A DNA stretch of 64,000 bases from Candidatus Krumholzibacteriota bacterium (GCA_963806035.1 CAWDWO010000023.1:60521-124520); one strand, 5' to 3'; positions 19,466-29,743 are shown, counted from the stretch's first letter. Numbers and translations are program-made. The notes: generated by a model from the sequence alone, not told the origin.

Positions 19466-20629
19466 TCATCCACCCCGGCTGTCATGCCGCGAGAATGAAC
19501 GGAGTGCCTCCACTTTCGTCACGAGTGCGTCGCACACGGCATCGATTTCTTCGATCGTGTTGTCTTTCCCGATGCCGAATCGAATGCTGGCATGAGCTTC
19601 ATCGGGACTCAAACCCAATGCCAGCAAGACGGAGCTGGGGCTGTGCTCCGTCGAGGAACAGGCGGAACCGGTGCTCGCTGCGACTTCGCGCAGCTCCAGG
19701 AGCAGGGCTTCGGCCTCCACCCCACGAATACAGACGTTCAAGTTGCCGGGCAAGCGATCTCGAAGGCTCCCGTTGATGCCGAGATCCTCGATTTCCCGGC
19801 GCAAGCGCTGCAAAAGATGGTCCCGCAGCACCTGCACGTGCTCCCTTCTCGCCCTCTCCTCCGCCTTGGCCAGAGCGCACGCCTCGCCCAAACCCACGAT
19901 GAGGGGCACTGGCAGAGTGCCAGGTCGCAATCCATCCTGATGCCCCCCGCCGTAGAGGAGTGGCTGCAGATGAATGCGCGGCTTGCGGCGGCGTACAACC
20001 AGCGCGCCGATGCCTTTGGGTCCGTAGATCTTGTGAGCGGTCAGGGAGAGCATGTCGACGGTGTCAGCGTTTACCGGGATGCGCCCCACTGCTTGCACTG
20101 CGTCGCTGTGCAGCACCACGCCGCGTTCTTTGCAGACGGCGGAGATTTCCTCGATGGGCTGGATCGTGCCGATCTCGTTGTTGGCCCACATCACGCTGCA
20201 CAGCACGGTGTCGTCCCGTAGGGTGGCCTTCAACTCGGCCGCACTCACTCGCCCGTCGGAATCGACGCCGAGTACGCTCAGTTCGGCTCCGCGCTTCTCG
20301 AGCTGACGCAACGCATCCAGTACCGCAGGGTGTTCGATCGCGCTGGTCACGAAGTGGCGGCCTCGGTGAGCCAGCCGCGGAGCGCTGCCCAAGATCGCGA
20401 GGTTGTCCGCCTCGGTCGCGCCGCTGGTGAAGGTAATTTCACCCGGTTTGCAGCGGATGAGCTCGGCGACCTGCGCGCGCGCCTTCTCGATCGCCTCCTT
20501 CGCTTCCCAGCCGAAGATGTGGGCGCTGGCGGAGTTGCCGAAGGCACGGTCCCAATAGGGGGCCATGGCCTCGACGACCCTCGGGTCGACCGGCGTGGTA
20601 GCGTGATGATCGAGATATGCGCGCGCCAT
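19466..20629 (-). CDS. iscS: Cysteine desulfurase
   Basis: YLDHHATTP, FTSGATEADN, NNEIG, SDAVQ, AHKIYGPKG (PLP Lys), STGSACSS (catalytic Cys). Confidence 0.93.
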   Translation of the reverse strand: MARAYLDHHATTPVDPRVVEAMAPYWDRAFGNSASAHIFGWEAKEAIEKARAQVAELIRCKPGEITFTSGATEADNLAILGSAPRLAHRGRHFVTSAIEHPAVLDALRQLEKRGAELSVLGVDSDGRVSAAELKATLRDDTVLCSVMWANNEIGTIQPIEEISAVCKERGVVLHSDAVQAVGRIPVNADTVDMLSLTAHKIYGPKGIGALVVRRRKPRIHLQPLLYGGGHQDGLRPGTLPVPLIVGLGEACALAKAEERARREHVQVLRDHLLQRLRREIEDLGINGSLRDRLPGNLNVCIRGVEAEALLLELREVAASTGSACSSTEHSPSSVLLALGLSPDEAHASIRFGIGKDNTIEEIDAVCDALVTKVEALRSFSRHDSRGG

Positions 20630-20791
20630 CTCCAATCCCTTCAATCCGGGTGCTGTGCATCAAGATACCGTGCTTGCCCCGCGCGGCAAGGCTGCCGCCT
20701 CGCCCGGCGAGCCGGTCAGCGGCCTGGGTCCTTGGAACTCTTCGTTTTCAGAGCTGGCAGAAGCCACAGCCCCTTTTTAATGATGTAGCCC

Positions 20792-21598
20792 ATGGAGCAA
20801 CCCGCCTCATCCTCCTCTCGGCAAGACGACCGGTTCCAGCTTCTCGGAGATTTGGGACCCGAACGTCTTCTAAGTCTGCGCGGATCCGACTCCGTCGATC
20901 TGCTGCAGCGAATCTCCGCCTCCAACTTCCACGATCGCGCCGAGGGAGAGGTCTTCTGGACCCTCTTCACCAACGCCAAGGGACGTATCGTGGATCTCGC
21001 GCTGGCAAGTGAGTGTGCGAAAGAGGTGTTGCTCTTGGCCGGCGAGGGCCACGGGGAGCTCCTGCGAGAGTGGATTGAATCCTTCATCATCACCGAGGAT
21101 GTAAAGCTCGCCGTGGGACGAGATGCCCTGCCCCCCCTGGATACGCAAGAAGGAGACCCCGCCCGCAAGCTCCTTGAAACCGCCCACCACGCGCGACAGG
21201 AAGAACGACAGGAGCTGCAAGCCATCCAGCGCGGCCGCTTCCGGCCCGGCCTCGACCTGGACGAACGCTTCAACCCCCTGGAGGTCGGACTGGAGCAGCT
21301 AGTGGCCTGGGACAAGGGCTGCTACATCGGCCAGGAGGTCGTGGCGCGCTTGAAGAACTACGACAAGGTCCGCCGCACGCCAGCTGTTCTTGCCGCCGCC
21401 ACGAGCGCGCGCTCCGAGGGAGAGCTGAAAGACGATCAGCGGGTTCGCGGTCAACTGGTGCGCACGGCCCTCCAAATCGAACCTCCGCGCAGAATCGCAC
21501 TGGCCGTGGTAGAGAAGAGCCTTCAGCAAGGCGCCGTCCTCTTGGATGAAGACGGCGCGGAGTGGCAACTCATTTCGCGCCCGGAGGGGGCGCTCTGA
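20792..21598 (+). CDS. ygfZ: YgfZ/GcvT-like folate-dependent Fe-S maintenance protein
   Basis: Signature KGCYIGQEVVAR; divergent from iscS. Confidence 0.88.
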   Translation: MEQPASSSSRQDDRFQLLGDLGPERLLSLRGSDSVDLLQRISASNFHDRAEGEVFWTLFTNAKGRIVDLALASECAKEVLLLAGEGHGELLREWIESFIITEDVKLAVGRDALPPLDTQEGDPARKLLETAHHARQEERQELQAIQRGRFRPGLDLDERFNPLEVGLEQLVAWDKGCYIGQEVVARLKNYDKVRRTPAVLAAATSARSEGELKDDQRVRGQLVRTALQIEPPRRIALAVVEKSLQQGAVLLDEDGAEWQLISRPEGAL

Positions 21599-21605
21599 AG
21601 AGAGT

Positions 21606-22619
21606 TCAGTTCTTGTCGGGCTCGAACTCCTTGAGGCTCTTGAAGACGTTGCCGCGCACGTAGTCCGATACCAGCCAGTAGCGGTCGTCGCCCTTCACCT
21701 TCAGATAGAACTGCCCGTCAGGTCCCTCCTTGCCGAAGAGCAGACGCGTGGTGGCGCTGTCGTTGACCGTCACCTCGGCCCAATCCGCATCGTCGGTGAG
21801 ACCATACTCTCCCGGAGAGTCCGGCTTGGGCGCGACGTCCCGCGCGCGCATGTTGGACAGGGTGGTGAGAACACCGTCCGCACGAGTCTTGAGGGCGGTG
21901 AAGTGCTTGGGCTCGGTGACTTCCCATTCGTAGGGAAGCGGCTTCTTGACCGCCGCGGTGTCACCCTTTGCCGGTTCCTGGTACACCTTCTTCAGGGAGA
22001 TCACCGACTTCCCCTTCTTCAAGGTGATGGAGCTGACGCTGTCACGATCGGGCTTGTAGATATCCAGGTCGAGCCAGGTGGTCGCCACCGGATTGCGATT
22101 GTCCTCGCCCCAGATGCCGAAATCGCTCAGCAGGTTGCGGCTGCCCAATAGGACCTGATTGCTGCCCTGCTTGCGCACGAAGGCACCGCCGGTGGCCGCC
22201 TTCCCCAGTAGGAGATGCAGAATCTCCTTGCCGCTCTCGTCCTTGAGCACGAGATGCACGGCGTTGGAATCGTCCAGATCGTAGTCCGCCAGTACGGAGG
22301 GATCGTTGGAGCGCGGTTCTCCGTCGAGGTTTTCCAGATTGCTCAAGAGAGTGCGTACTTTGTTGACGTTGCCTTTGGCATCGTAGTGGGAGTTCATGAT
22401 CCAATCGCTGCCGCGGCGAACCATCGTGAAACCCTTGTCCGGATCCGATCCGCGATAGACGGCCAGTCCGTAAACGGTATCGGTGGACAGGGGCCCTTGC
22501 ACCACATCCACGTAACCACCCGTCTGATCCAGGTCCCTGCGCTGGCTCTTGCTGTACCAGTACCCGCCCGCGAACAGAATGAGAATTACCAGCAGAACTC
22601 CTAAAGTCCGATTGTTCAT
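21606..22619 (-). CDS. DUF4340-like membrane-anchored protein
   Basis: N-terminal TM helix, two repeats each with a YGL/YDL motif and LLLGK/LLFGK; last gene of a GldAFG-type operon. Confidence 0.75.
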   Translation of the reverse strand: MNNRTLGVLLVILILFAGGYWYSKSQRRDLDQTGGYVDVVQGPLSTDTVYGLAVYRGSDPDKGFTMVRRGSDWIMNSHYDAKGNVNKVRTLLSNLENLDGEPRSNDPSVLADYDLDDSNAVHLVLKDESGKEILHLLLGKAATGGAFVRKQGSNQVLLGSRNLLSDFGIWGEDNRNPVATTWLDLDIYKPDRDSVSSITLKKGKSVISLKKVYQEPAKGDTAAVKKPLPYEWEVTEPKHFTALKTRADGVLTTLSNMRARDVAPKPDSPGEYGLTDDADWAEVTVNDSATTRLLFGKEGPDGQFYLKVKGDDRYWLVSDYVRGNVFKSLKEFEPDKN

Positions 22620-22640
22620 GTCGGTCGATTTCCTCCCTGC

Positions 22641-24365
22641 TCAGCTCGTGTGCGTGTGGAGCCACGACGCCTGTGCCCGGCGCCGCCGTACCGTGCGCGC
22701 GATCCCATAGAGGACGACGAGGAGCGGAACCAAGGCGGTGGTAAAGGTCCTCCAGAACAGCTTGCTCTGCTGGGAGACTTCACCGATGAGCCTCTGCTCG
22801 GTCGTCTTCGCCCTCACCTGGATGAGGTCCTCACCCAGAGTCAAGACGTCGATTCCGTTCAGAATGAGGAGTCCATTGTTGTAGTCACCCGCCTGCAGAT
22901 AGCTGTCCTCGAACATCTTCCCGCAGCCCACGAGAATCAGCGTTCCCGGCTTTCCCTCCTCGCTCACCGCGTTCCCCGTGGTGGTGGAATCACTGGCACC
23001 CCAGCTGGGAATCGGTTGACCCTCGTAGGGATTGGGAAACTCTCCGTGGACCATGACGGCCAGAGGAGCCCGCGGATGTGCGTTGGCGGAATCGAAGGTG
23101 AAGTCGCGTTGAGTGAGCGGCCCACCGTCGTTGTCCACTTCCCAGGCCTTGTCAGAGGAAGTGAAGAGCGTGTCATAGCTCATTTTCAGCGAATTCAACT
23201 TGGAGTCGTCCACGACCAAGCGGCCGCCCCACAGATAGAGCAGCTTGCCCAAGCGGCTGGAGACCGAGAGGTCCTGGTTGAATTGATCGCCGCTGACGCG
23301 GATCTGAATCGGCGCCTGAACCGGTTCGGCGACCTGAACGCGCATTCCACCCAGGTTCTGCGTCCGTGGAATCGAGAGCGTTTCCAGGTTCTCGTCCATG
23401 AACACGCCCTTGGACACGCGAACTCCGTAATTCTGAAGCAGCGGATCCAAGCCGGTGGTGATGGGGCGAGCCGAGATGTCGAACCCGCCTCTCCGCCCCG
23501 GGTTGTAATCGTATTCGTGGTTCTGCACCGCGCAGAAAACCTGGCCGCCCCGGTGCAGGAACTTCGCGATCTCATAGCGTTGACGATCGCTGAGGTTCTT
23601 GGGAGACAGGATGAGCAGGGTGGTCGTGTCGTCCGGAATCGGAGAGTCCTGGCTGATGTCGACCTTGCGTGCATCGTAGCCCTGTCCCTGGAAGATCTGC
23701 GGCATCTTCGAATACAGATCCCGCGGCGCCGGCGGCTGCTGACCCATCTGCATGTAGAGCTGCACCATCTGGGGATCCAGGCTCTCCTTGCTCGAATAGA
23801 TGGCCAGAACTGGCGCCTTGTCGCGCGTCAGCTTGATGATACGGCGGCAAATTTCGTATTCCAGGATGTCGAGCGTCTTGGGCGCGACCTGGGGAATGAT
23901 CTCCGGGTCCTTGTCCTTGTAACTCATCTCGATGGCCGAATACACCAGCTTCAGACCGATCTCGTCTTTTTCGATGCTCTGCACCTGAAAGGGCCTGATT
24001 CCCTTGGCCTGGATCTTTTGCGCCAGATCCTCGTTTTGGGAAGGGTCGGAAACGGAATAGGTGAGCTTGCCTCCGGAGGCCGCCTTGTACTCCTCCAATT
24101 TGTCGGTGATGTTGCGTTCGAGGCTCTTGAGACCGGTCGGCATGTCTGAAGCCTGGGTAATGTAGAGCTTCACGTGAACCGGCACTTTGAGTTGCGACAT
24201 GATCCGCTTCGCGGCGGGACTCATGGTGTAGATCTTGTCCTGCGTGAAATCGATGCGCGCTTTGGTATGACTTCCCACGATGGCGTTGAAGAACACCACG
24301 ATGGCGAAGAGCACGACCGCCGCGATCGTGAACGTGACGGTAAAACTGGTCTTGCGTGTGGTCAT
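22641..24365 (-). CDS. GldG-family ABC transporter auxiliary protein
   Basis: RIDFTQDKIYTMS, N- and C-terminal TM helices, LEYEI...I motif; operon position after GldF-like permease. Confidence 0.85.
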   Translation of the reverse strand: MTTRKTSFTVTFTIAAVVLFAIVVFFNAIVGSHTKARIDFTQDKIYTMSPAAKRIMSQLKVPVHVKLYITQASDMPTGLKSLERNITDKLEEYKAASGGKLTYSVSDPSQNEDLAQKIQAKGIRPFQVQSIEKDEIGLKLVYSAIEMSYKDKDPEIIPQVAPKTLDILEYEICRRIIKLTRDKAPVLAIYSSKESLDPQMVQLYMQMGQQPPAPRDLYSKMPQIFQGQGYDARKVDISQDSPIPDDTTTLLILSPKNLSDRQRYEIAKFLHRGGQVFCAVQNHEYDYNPGRRGGFDISARPITTGLDPLLQNYGVRVSKGVFMDENLETLSIPRTQNLGGMRVQVAEPVQAPIQIRVSGDQFNQDLSVSSRLGKLLYLWGGRLVVDDSKLNSLKMSYDTLFTSSDKAWEVDNDGGPLTQRDFTFDSANAHPRAPLAVMVHGEFPNPYEGQPIPSWGASDSTTTGNAVSEEGKPGTLILVGCGKMFEDSYLQAGDYNNGLLILNGIDVLTLGEDLIQVRAKTTEQRLIGEVSQQSKLFWRTFTTALVPLLVVLYGIARTVRRRRAQASWLHTHTS

Positions 24366-25090
24366 CAGTACCGCCTCCTCTCCAGCGAGATGGCATTCAA
24401 GCCCAAGAAGAGGGCGGGCATCGTCAGGAAGTAGAGAATCGAACTGAAATCGATGACCCCGCGCTGCAGCGAATTCCAGTGGCTGGAAAACGCGACATGG
24501 TCTCTGAGGAAGCTACCGAAGCCGGCGATCCATCCGTCGATTCCCGCCACCACGAAGTCGTTCCCCAGGAGAAGGAAGAACAGACAGACCAGACAGGTGA
24601 CGATGAACGCGGCGATCTGTTCCTTGAAGAGGCCGCTGATGAAGATGCCCAGAGCCAAGTAGAACGCGCCGAGCAGGAACGCTCCCACGTAACCGGTGAA
24701 GATCGCGCCGGGATCGGCGTTGCCCAGGCTCGTCACCATCAAGGGGAGCGTGAAGGTACACGCGAGCGCGATGGTGTAGAAGGCGAGGGAAGCAAGGTAC
24801 TTGCCGGTCACCACTTGCCACGACTTCATGGGAAGCGTCATCAAGAGCTCGAAGGTACCGGCTTGCTGCTCGTTGGCCCAAAGACCCATGGTGATCGCGG
24901 GCAAGAAGAAGATGTTGAAGAGGGGTAGGTTCTCAAAAAACGCGCGCAGGCTCGCCTCGCCCGAGAGGAAGAACCCGCTCATGAAGAATCCCGAGTTCAA
25001 CAGCAAGTACACGACGACAAAGATGTACGCGATGGTGGAATCGAAGTACCCGCGAAACTCCCGGCGAAAGATCACGCCGACGTTAGACAT
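24365..25090 (-). CDS. GldF-like ABC-2 permease
   Basis: RREFRGYF.S..AY, PAITMG..A.E...GTFELL.TLP, GKYLA. Confidence 0.88.
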   Translation of the reverse strand: MSNVGVIFRREFRGYFDSTIAYIFVVVYLLLNSGFFMSGFFLSGEASLRAFFENLPLFNIFFLPAITMGLWANEQQAGTFELLMTLPMKSWQVVTGKYLASLAFYTIALACTFTLPLMVTSLGNADPGAIFTGYVGAFLLGAFYLALGIFISGLFKEQIAAFIVTCLVCLFFLLLGNDFVVAGIDGWIAGFGSFLRDHVAFSSHWNSLQRGVIDFSSILYFLTMPALFLGLNAISLERRRY

Positions 25091-26048
25091 GTCGCGCCTC
25101 CTTGCCGTGCTGTTCGTTACTGCGCCGAATGTATTCGATGAAGGCGTCCTCCAGACTGACTTCCGGAACCCCCATCTCCATGACTGGCCAACTCCGGGCG
25201 GCGGCCAGTTGTCCGACCTCGCGCCGGAGATTCACTCCATCGGTACCGCGCAATCGCGCGGTCACCACTCCCTCCGCTTCGGAGACCACGTTGACCTGTG
25301 CGACCGAATCCAGCGAGATGAGCCCTCTCTCCACCTCATCTCTCCCTGCCGTCAGAGCGACGCGCAACTGCGCTCCACCTCTGGCATCCGATTGCAAGTC
25401 GTTCAAGTATCCGTCAGCGATGATCCGGCCGTTGTTGATGATGATGACCCGGTCCGTCGTCGAGGAAACTTCCTGCAGGATGTGCGTGGAGAAGATCACC
25501 GTCTTCTCGTGGGCCAGCTCCTGAATGAGCTTGCGGATCTGAATGATCTGGAGCGGGTCGAGTCCGGTGGTCGGCTCGTCCAGAATCAGGATCTCCGGAT
25601 CGTGGATGAGTGCCTGTGCCAGCCCGGTGCGCTGTTTGAAACCCTTGGAAAGCTGATTGATGTCCTTCTTGAACATCTCCTCCAGGCCGCACTGCTGAAC
25701 CACCCAATCGAGCCGGGAATTCAAGCGCGCGCCGGCCAGTCCCCGCGCCTTGGCGCAGAAACGCAGGTACTGGTCCACCTGCATGCCTTCATAGAGAGGA
25801 GTCGTTTCCGGGAGATAGCCGATCAGCCGTCGAACGGAGATCGGATCCTTCGCCACGTCGATGCCGCCCACCGTGACCGATCCTTCGGTGGGAGCGATGT
25901 AGCTCGTGATGATCTTCATGGCGGTGCTCTTGCCTGCACCATTGGGCCCGAGGAAGCCCAAAATTTGTCTTTTTCCTACCTCGAACGAGACATGGTCCAA
26001 GGCCATGGTCGGGCCATAGACCTTGGTCACGTCCTTTACCTGGATCAT
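25083..26048 (-). CDS. GldA-like ABC ATP-binding protein
   Basis: GPNGAGKST, LSKG..QR, ILDEPT.GLDP, STHIL. Confidence 0.92.
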   Translation of the reverse strand: MIQVKDVTKVYGPTMALDHVSFEVGKRQILGFLGPNGAGKSTAMKIITSYIAPTEGSVTVGGIDVAKDPISVRRLIGYLPETTPLYEGMQVDQYLRFCAKARGLAGARLNSRLDWVVQQCGLEEMFKKDINQLSKGFKQRTGLAQALIHDPEILILDEPTTGLDPLQIIQIRKLIQELAHEKTVIFSTHILQEVSSTTDRVIIINNGRIIADGYLNDLQSDARGGAQLRVALTAGRDEVERGLISLDSVAQVNVVSEAEGVVTARLRGTDGVNLRREVGQLAAARSWPVMEMGVPEVSLEDAFIEYIRRSNEQHGKEARHV

Positions 26049-26334
26049 CGTCTAGGTACCTCCAGATGATCGCACCAGTGCTGAATTGAATGTCGTGTCG
26101 CGTGCGTGCGGCGTTGGGAAGGTCCACGGTCCCGCAAGGGCGCAGCTTCTCCCGTGTCCGATCGGGCAGTATAGGAGATGGTCCGCGAAGCGTCCACCGA
26201 GCAGAGCGCTGGCGAGAGCGCCTTCCACGAGGGGTTCTATACGCACGCGATTCCAGCTGGTTCCCGCTTTGCGAGCAAAATTTCGCCGGAGGGAGAGAAT
26301 TTCTGCGGAAAACCGTGATGGAGCGGATCGGAAC

Positions 26335-27303
26335 TCAGCGCGTGTCACCCACGCCGGGTCGCGCCAGTTCGGGCGGAATCGGGAAGGTCACCGTCTCCTT
26401 CACGACCTCCTTTTCGCGAACCTCGCCACCCAGGGTGCGCAGTCGATTCAGGACCTCTTCCACCAGATCTTCCGGAGCGCTGGCTCCGGCGGTGACGCCG
26501 ACTCGTTTCACTTCAGACAACCATGAGCTCTGAATCTCTGAAGCATCGTCGATGAGCTGCCCCTGCGCACCCGCGCTGCGCGCGACCTCCACCAGACGGC
26601 GGCTATTGGAGGAATTCGCGCTGCCCACGACGAGCAAGAGCTCGATCTTCTCCACCGAGAGCAGGTTCTTGACCGCCTCCTGGCGGTTCTGCGTGGCGTA
26701 GCAGATGTCGTTCTTCTTGGGACCCTGAATGCGGGGGAAGCGGGCCTTGAGCGCGTCGATGATGCCCTGAGTTTCGTCGACCGAGAGCGTGGTCTGCGTC
26801 ACGTAGGCCAGACGCTCGGGGTGTTCCACCTCGAGTCGCGCGACATCTTGAACGCTCTGAACCAGCTCGACCTTTCCCGGGGCCTGTCCCATCGTGCCCA
26901 ACACTTCGTCGTGCCCTTCGTGGCCCACGAGGATCACCGTGTCCCCCGCTTTGACGTGCCGCAGCACCTCCATGTGCACCTTGGTCACCAGGGGGCAGGT
27001 GGCATCGATGATTCTGAGGTCTCTCTCCAGACCCTTCTCCCACACTCGCGGCGAGACGCCGTGTGCGCTGAAGATGCAGGTGCTGCCCGAGGGAACTTCG
27101 TCGAGTTCCTCCACGAAGATGACCCCCTGCCGCACGAAACGATCCACTACGTGCCGGTTGTGCACGATTTCCTTCCGCACGTAAATCGGGCCGTCCATGA
27201 GCTCGAGAGCGAGATCGACGATCTCGATGGCGCGCTCCACTCCGGCGCAGAAACCGCGCGGCGCCGCGAGCAGTACTTCGAATTCAGCGCTCTTGGAGGG
27301 CAC
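26335..27303 (-). CDS. ispH: 4-hydroxy-3-methylbut-2-enyl diphosphate reductase
   Basis: PRGFCAGV, IVHN, SAHG, DATCPLV, QTTLS, ICYATQNRQ, SSNS, TAGASAP. Confidence 0.97.
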   Translation of the reverse strand: MPSKSAEFEVLLAAPRGFCAGVERAIEIVDLALELMDGPIYVRKEIVHNRHVVDRFVRQGVIFVEELDEVPSGSTCIFSAHGVSPRVWEKGLERDLRIIDATCPLVTKVHMEVLRHVKAGDTVILVGHEGHDEVLGTMGQAPGKVELVQSVQDVARLEVEHPERLAYVTQTTLSVDETQGIIDALKARFPRIQGPKKNDICYATQNRQEAVKNLLSVEKIELLLVVGSANSSNSRRLVEVARSAGAQGQLIDDASEIQSSWLSEVKRVGVTAGASAPEDLVEEVLNRLRTLGGEVREKEVVKETVTFPIPPELARPGVGDTR

Positions 27304-27373
27304 TTGAGGCTCCCGGTTGAAGGAATGGGGACAATTTAGTGGATGCCGTGGCGGACCGCAGGAGAGGGAATCC

Positions 27374-28519
27374 TCAGTCCGTGCCGTTGAGGACCTTGCG
27401 CGCGATCACGATCTTCTGGATCTCGCTGGTGCCTTCGTAAATGCGCAGAACGCGGGCGTCGCGATAATACCTCTCCACCGGATAGTCCTTGGAGTAGCCG
27501 TAACCGCCGTGAATCTGGAGCGCCCGGTCGACGACCCGGTTCACCATCTCGCTCGCCGAGTACTTCGCCATGGCCGCGATCCGGGTGAAGGGCAGGCCTC
27601 GATCCCTGAGACTGGCAGCCTTGTGCGCCAAGAGGCTGGACTGTTCCAGCTCGGTGGCCATGTCCGCGAGCATCCACTGAATGGCCTGGAAGTTGGCGAT
27701 GGGCCGGCCGAATTGCTCGCGCTCCTGGGAGTAGGCGCGCGCCGCCTCCAGGGCCGCGGTGGCGAGTCCAATGGACTGATACGCCACGCCGATGCGCCCG
27801 CCGTCCAAGCTCACCATGGCGATCTCGAATCCCTGTCCCTCGCGCCCGATCAGATTCTCGCGGCTCACTTCGACTCCGTCCAGAATCACCGACACCGCGT
27901 CCGAACTTCTCAGGCCCATCTTGTTTTCCTTGGCCCCGATACTCAGACCCGGAGCGTCCCGTTCGACCAGAAACGCGCTGATGCCATCGTGTCCAGGGAT
28001 ACCGTCGAGCCGCGCGAGAACCACGAAGAAGTGCGCGTGATAGCCGTTGGTGACCCAGATCTTCTCTCCGCTCAGCCGATAGCCCTTCTCGGTGCTCTCC
28101 GCGCGACAGCTGATCGACGCGGCGTCGCTTCCGGACCCGGGCTCGGTCACGCAAAACGCGCCCAGATTTCCCTGCGCCATCGAGGGAAGGACCCGTTTCT
28201 TCAATTCCTCGCTGCCGAAGTGCATTACCGGATAGCTGCCCACGCTGTTGTGGACACCGACCATGATGGCGACTCCCGCGTCCGCCTGCGCGAGCTGCGC
28301 GATCACCAGGCCGTAGGTGAGGGTGTCGAGTCCCACACCCCCGTATTCCTCCGGAAAGCTCAGTGCGAAATAGCCCTGCTCTTTGAGCTTCGCGAGCAAG
28401 CCGGGATCGATGATCCCGGCCTCGTCCATTTGCTTGGCAAGGGGAACGATCTCTCCACGGGCGAAATCGGCTGTCCCTTTGACGAAGAGTTCTTGTTGCT
28501 CGTTGAGAGAGAAGTCCAT
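27374..28519 (-). CDS. Acyl-CoA dehydrogenase
   Basis: TEPGSGSDA, G.KIWVTNG, KMGLR, LDGGRIG, R.QFG.PI..FQ, QIHGGYGY, IYEGTSEIQ. Confidence 0.94.
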   Translation of the reverse strand: MDFSLNEQQELFVKGTADFARGEIVPLAKQMDEAGIIDPGLLAKLKEQGYFALSFPEEYGGVGLDTLTYGLVIAQLAQADAGVAIMVGVHNSVGSYPVMHFGSEELKKRVLPSMAQGNLGAFCVTEPGSGSDAASISCRAESTEKGYRLSGEKIWVTNGYHAHFFVVLARLDGIPGHDGISAFLVERDAPGLSIGAKENKMGLRSSDAVSVILDGVEVSRENLIGREGQGFEIAMVSLDGGRIGVAYQSIGLATAALEAARAYSQEREQFGRPIANFQAIQWMLADMATELEQSSLLAHKAASLRDRGLPFTRIAAMAKYSASEMVNRVVDRALQIHGGYGYSKDYPVERYYRDARVLRIYEGTSEIQKIVIARKVLNGTD

Positions 28520-28583
28520 TCCGGTCTCCTGAACCAGGGCGCCTCGCGGTTATTGGTCCCGCCGGCGCGAAGCAGCGGTCAAA

Positions 28584-29723
28584 TCAGGCCAGTAGATTGG
28601 CCGCAATGACCATCCGCTGCACTTCGTTGGTACCCTCGTAGATGTCGCAAATCTTGGCGTCGCGCATGAGCTTCTCCACTGGATAGTCTTTGGAGTAGCC
28701 GTTGCCGCCAAAGATCTGCACGGCTTCCTCGGCGCAGTGGACCGCGGTGGTGGAGGCCATGAGCTTCGCCATCGCGCTCTCGGAAGGATGGGGTTTGCCC
28801 GAGTCCTTCACGAAGGCAGCACGCAAGGTGAGCAAGCGTGCCGCATCGATTCGCATTGCCATGTCGGCGAGCTTGAACTGGATGGCCTGGAACTTGGACA
28901 GAGTGCGTCCGAACTGTTCACGCTCTTTCGAGTAGCTGATGGCGTGGTCGAGGGCGGCCTGAGCGATCCCGATTGCCTGAGCCGCGATCCCGATCCGTCC
29001 ACCGTCGAGCGTGCTCATGGCGATCTTGAACCCCTCCCCGATCTTTCCCAGCAGATTCTCCGGACCGAGCTTCACGTCGTCGAACGCGAGCTGCGCGGTC
29101 TCGCTGGCTCGAATTCCCATCTTGTGCTCGGTATGGGTCACCTTGACCCCCTCGGCCTTCGCATCGACGACGAAGGCGCTGATGCCCTTGTAACTCTTCG
29201 CCTTGTCGGTCATGGCGAAGACGATGAGGGTATCGGCGCTGGCGCCATTGGTGATGAAGTTCTTCGTTCCCCTGAGGACGAAACCATCGCCGTCGGCTTC
29301 GGCTACCGTGCTCTGCGCCGCCGCATCGGTTCCCGCTTCGGGCTCCGACAGGCAATAGGCGCCGAGAGTCTCACCCTTCGCCATGGGCGTGAGCCAGCGT
29401 TTCTTCTGCTCGTCGCTTCCGTAGCTCATCAGCGGCCAGGAGGTGAGACTGTTGTTCACCGACATGATCACGCCGCACGAGGCATCCGCGCGCGAAATCT
29501 CCTCTACCGCGAGGCAGTAGCTCTGATGATCCAGTCCGGCTCCACCCCACTCTTCGGGAACGAACATCCCCATGAAGCCCAGCTCGGCCATCTTGGCCAC
29601 GACCTCTTTGGGATACCGGCTCTCACGATCCCACTCCGCCGCGTGCGGGGTGATCTCGTTCAGGGCGAATTCCCGCGCAGTCTTGCGGATGAGCTCCTGC
29701 TCGCTGCTAAACTCGAATTTCAC
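28584..29723 (-). CDS. Acyl-CoA dehydrogenase (butyryl-CoA dehydrogenase-like)
   Basis: SEPEAGTDA, KNFITNG, LDGGRIGIAAQ, IYEGTNEVQ; GTG start behind AAGGAG. Confidence 0.94.
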   Translation of the reverse strand: MKFEFSSEQELIRKTAREFALNEITPHAAEWDRESRYPKEVVAKMAELGFMGMFVPEEWGGAGLDHQSYCLAVEEISRADASCGVIMSVNNSLTSWPLMSYGSDEQKKRWLTPMAKGETLGAYCLSEPEAGTDAAAQSTVAEADGDGFVLRGTKNFITNGASADTLIVFAMTDKAKSYKGISAFVVDAKAEGVKVTHTEHKMGIRASETAQLAFDDVKLGPENLLGKIGEGFKIAMSTLDGGRIGIAAQAIGIAQAALDHAISYSKEREQFGRTLSKFQAIQFKLADMAMRIDAARLLTLRAAFVKDSGKPHPSESAMAKLMASTTAVHCAEEAVQIFGGNGYSKDYPVEKLMRDAKICDIYEGTNEVQRMVIAANLLA

Positions 29724-29743
29724 GATCAACTTCTCCTTGAGGC

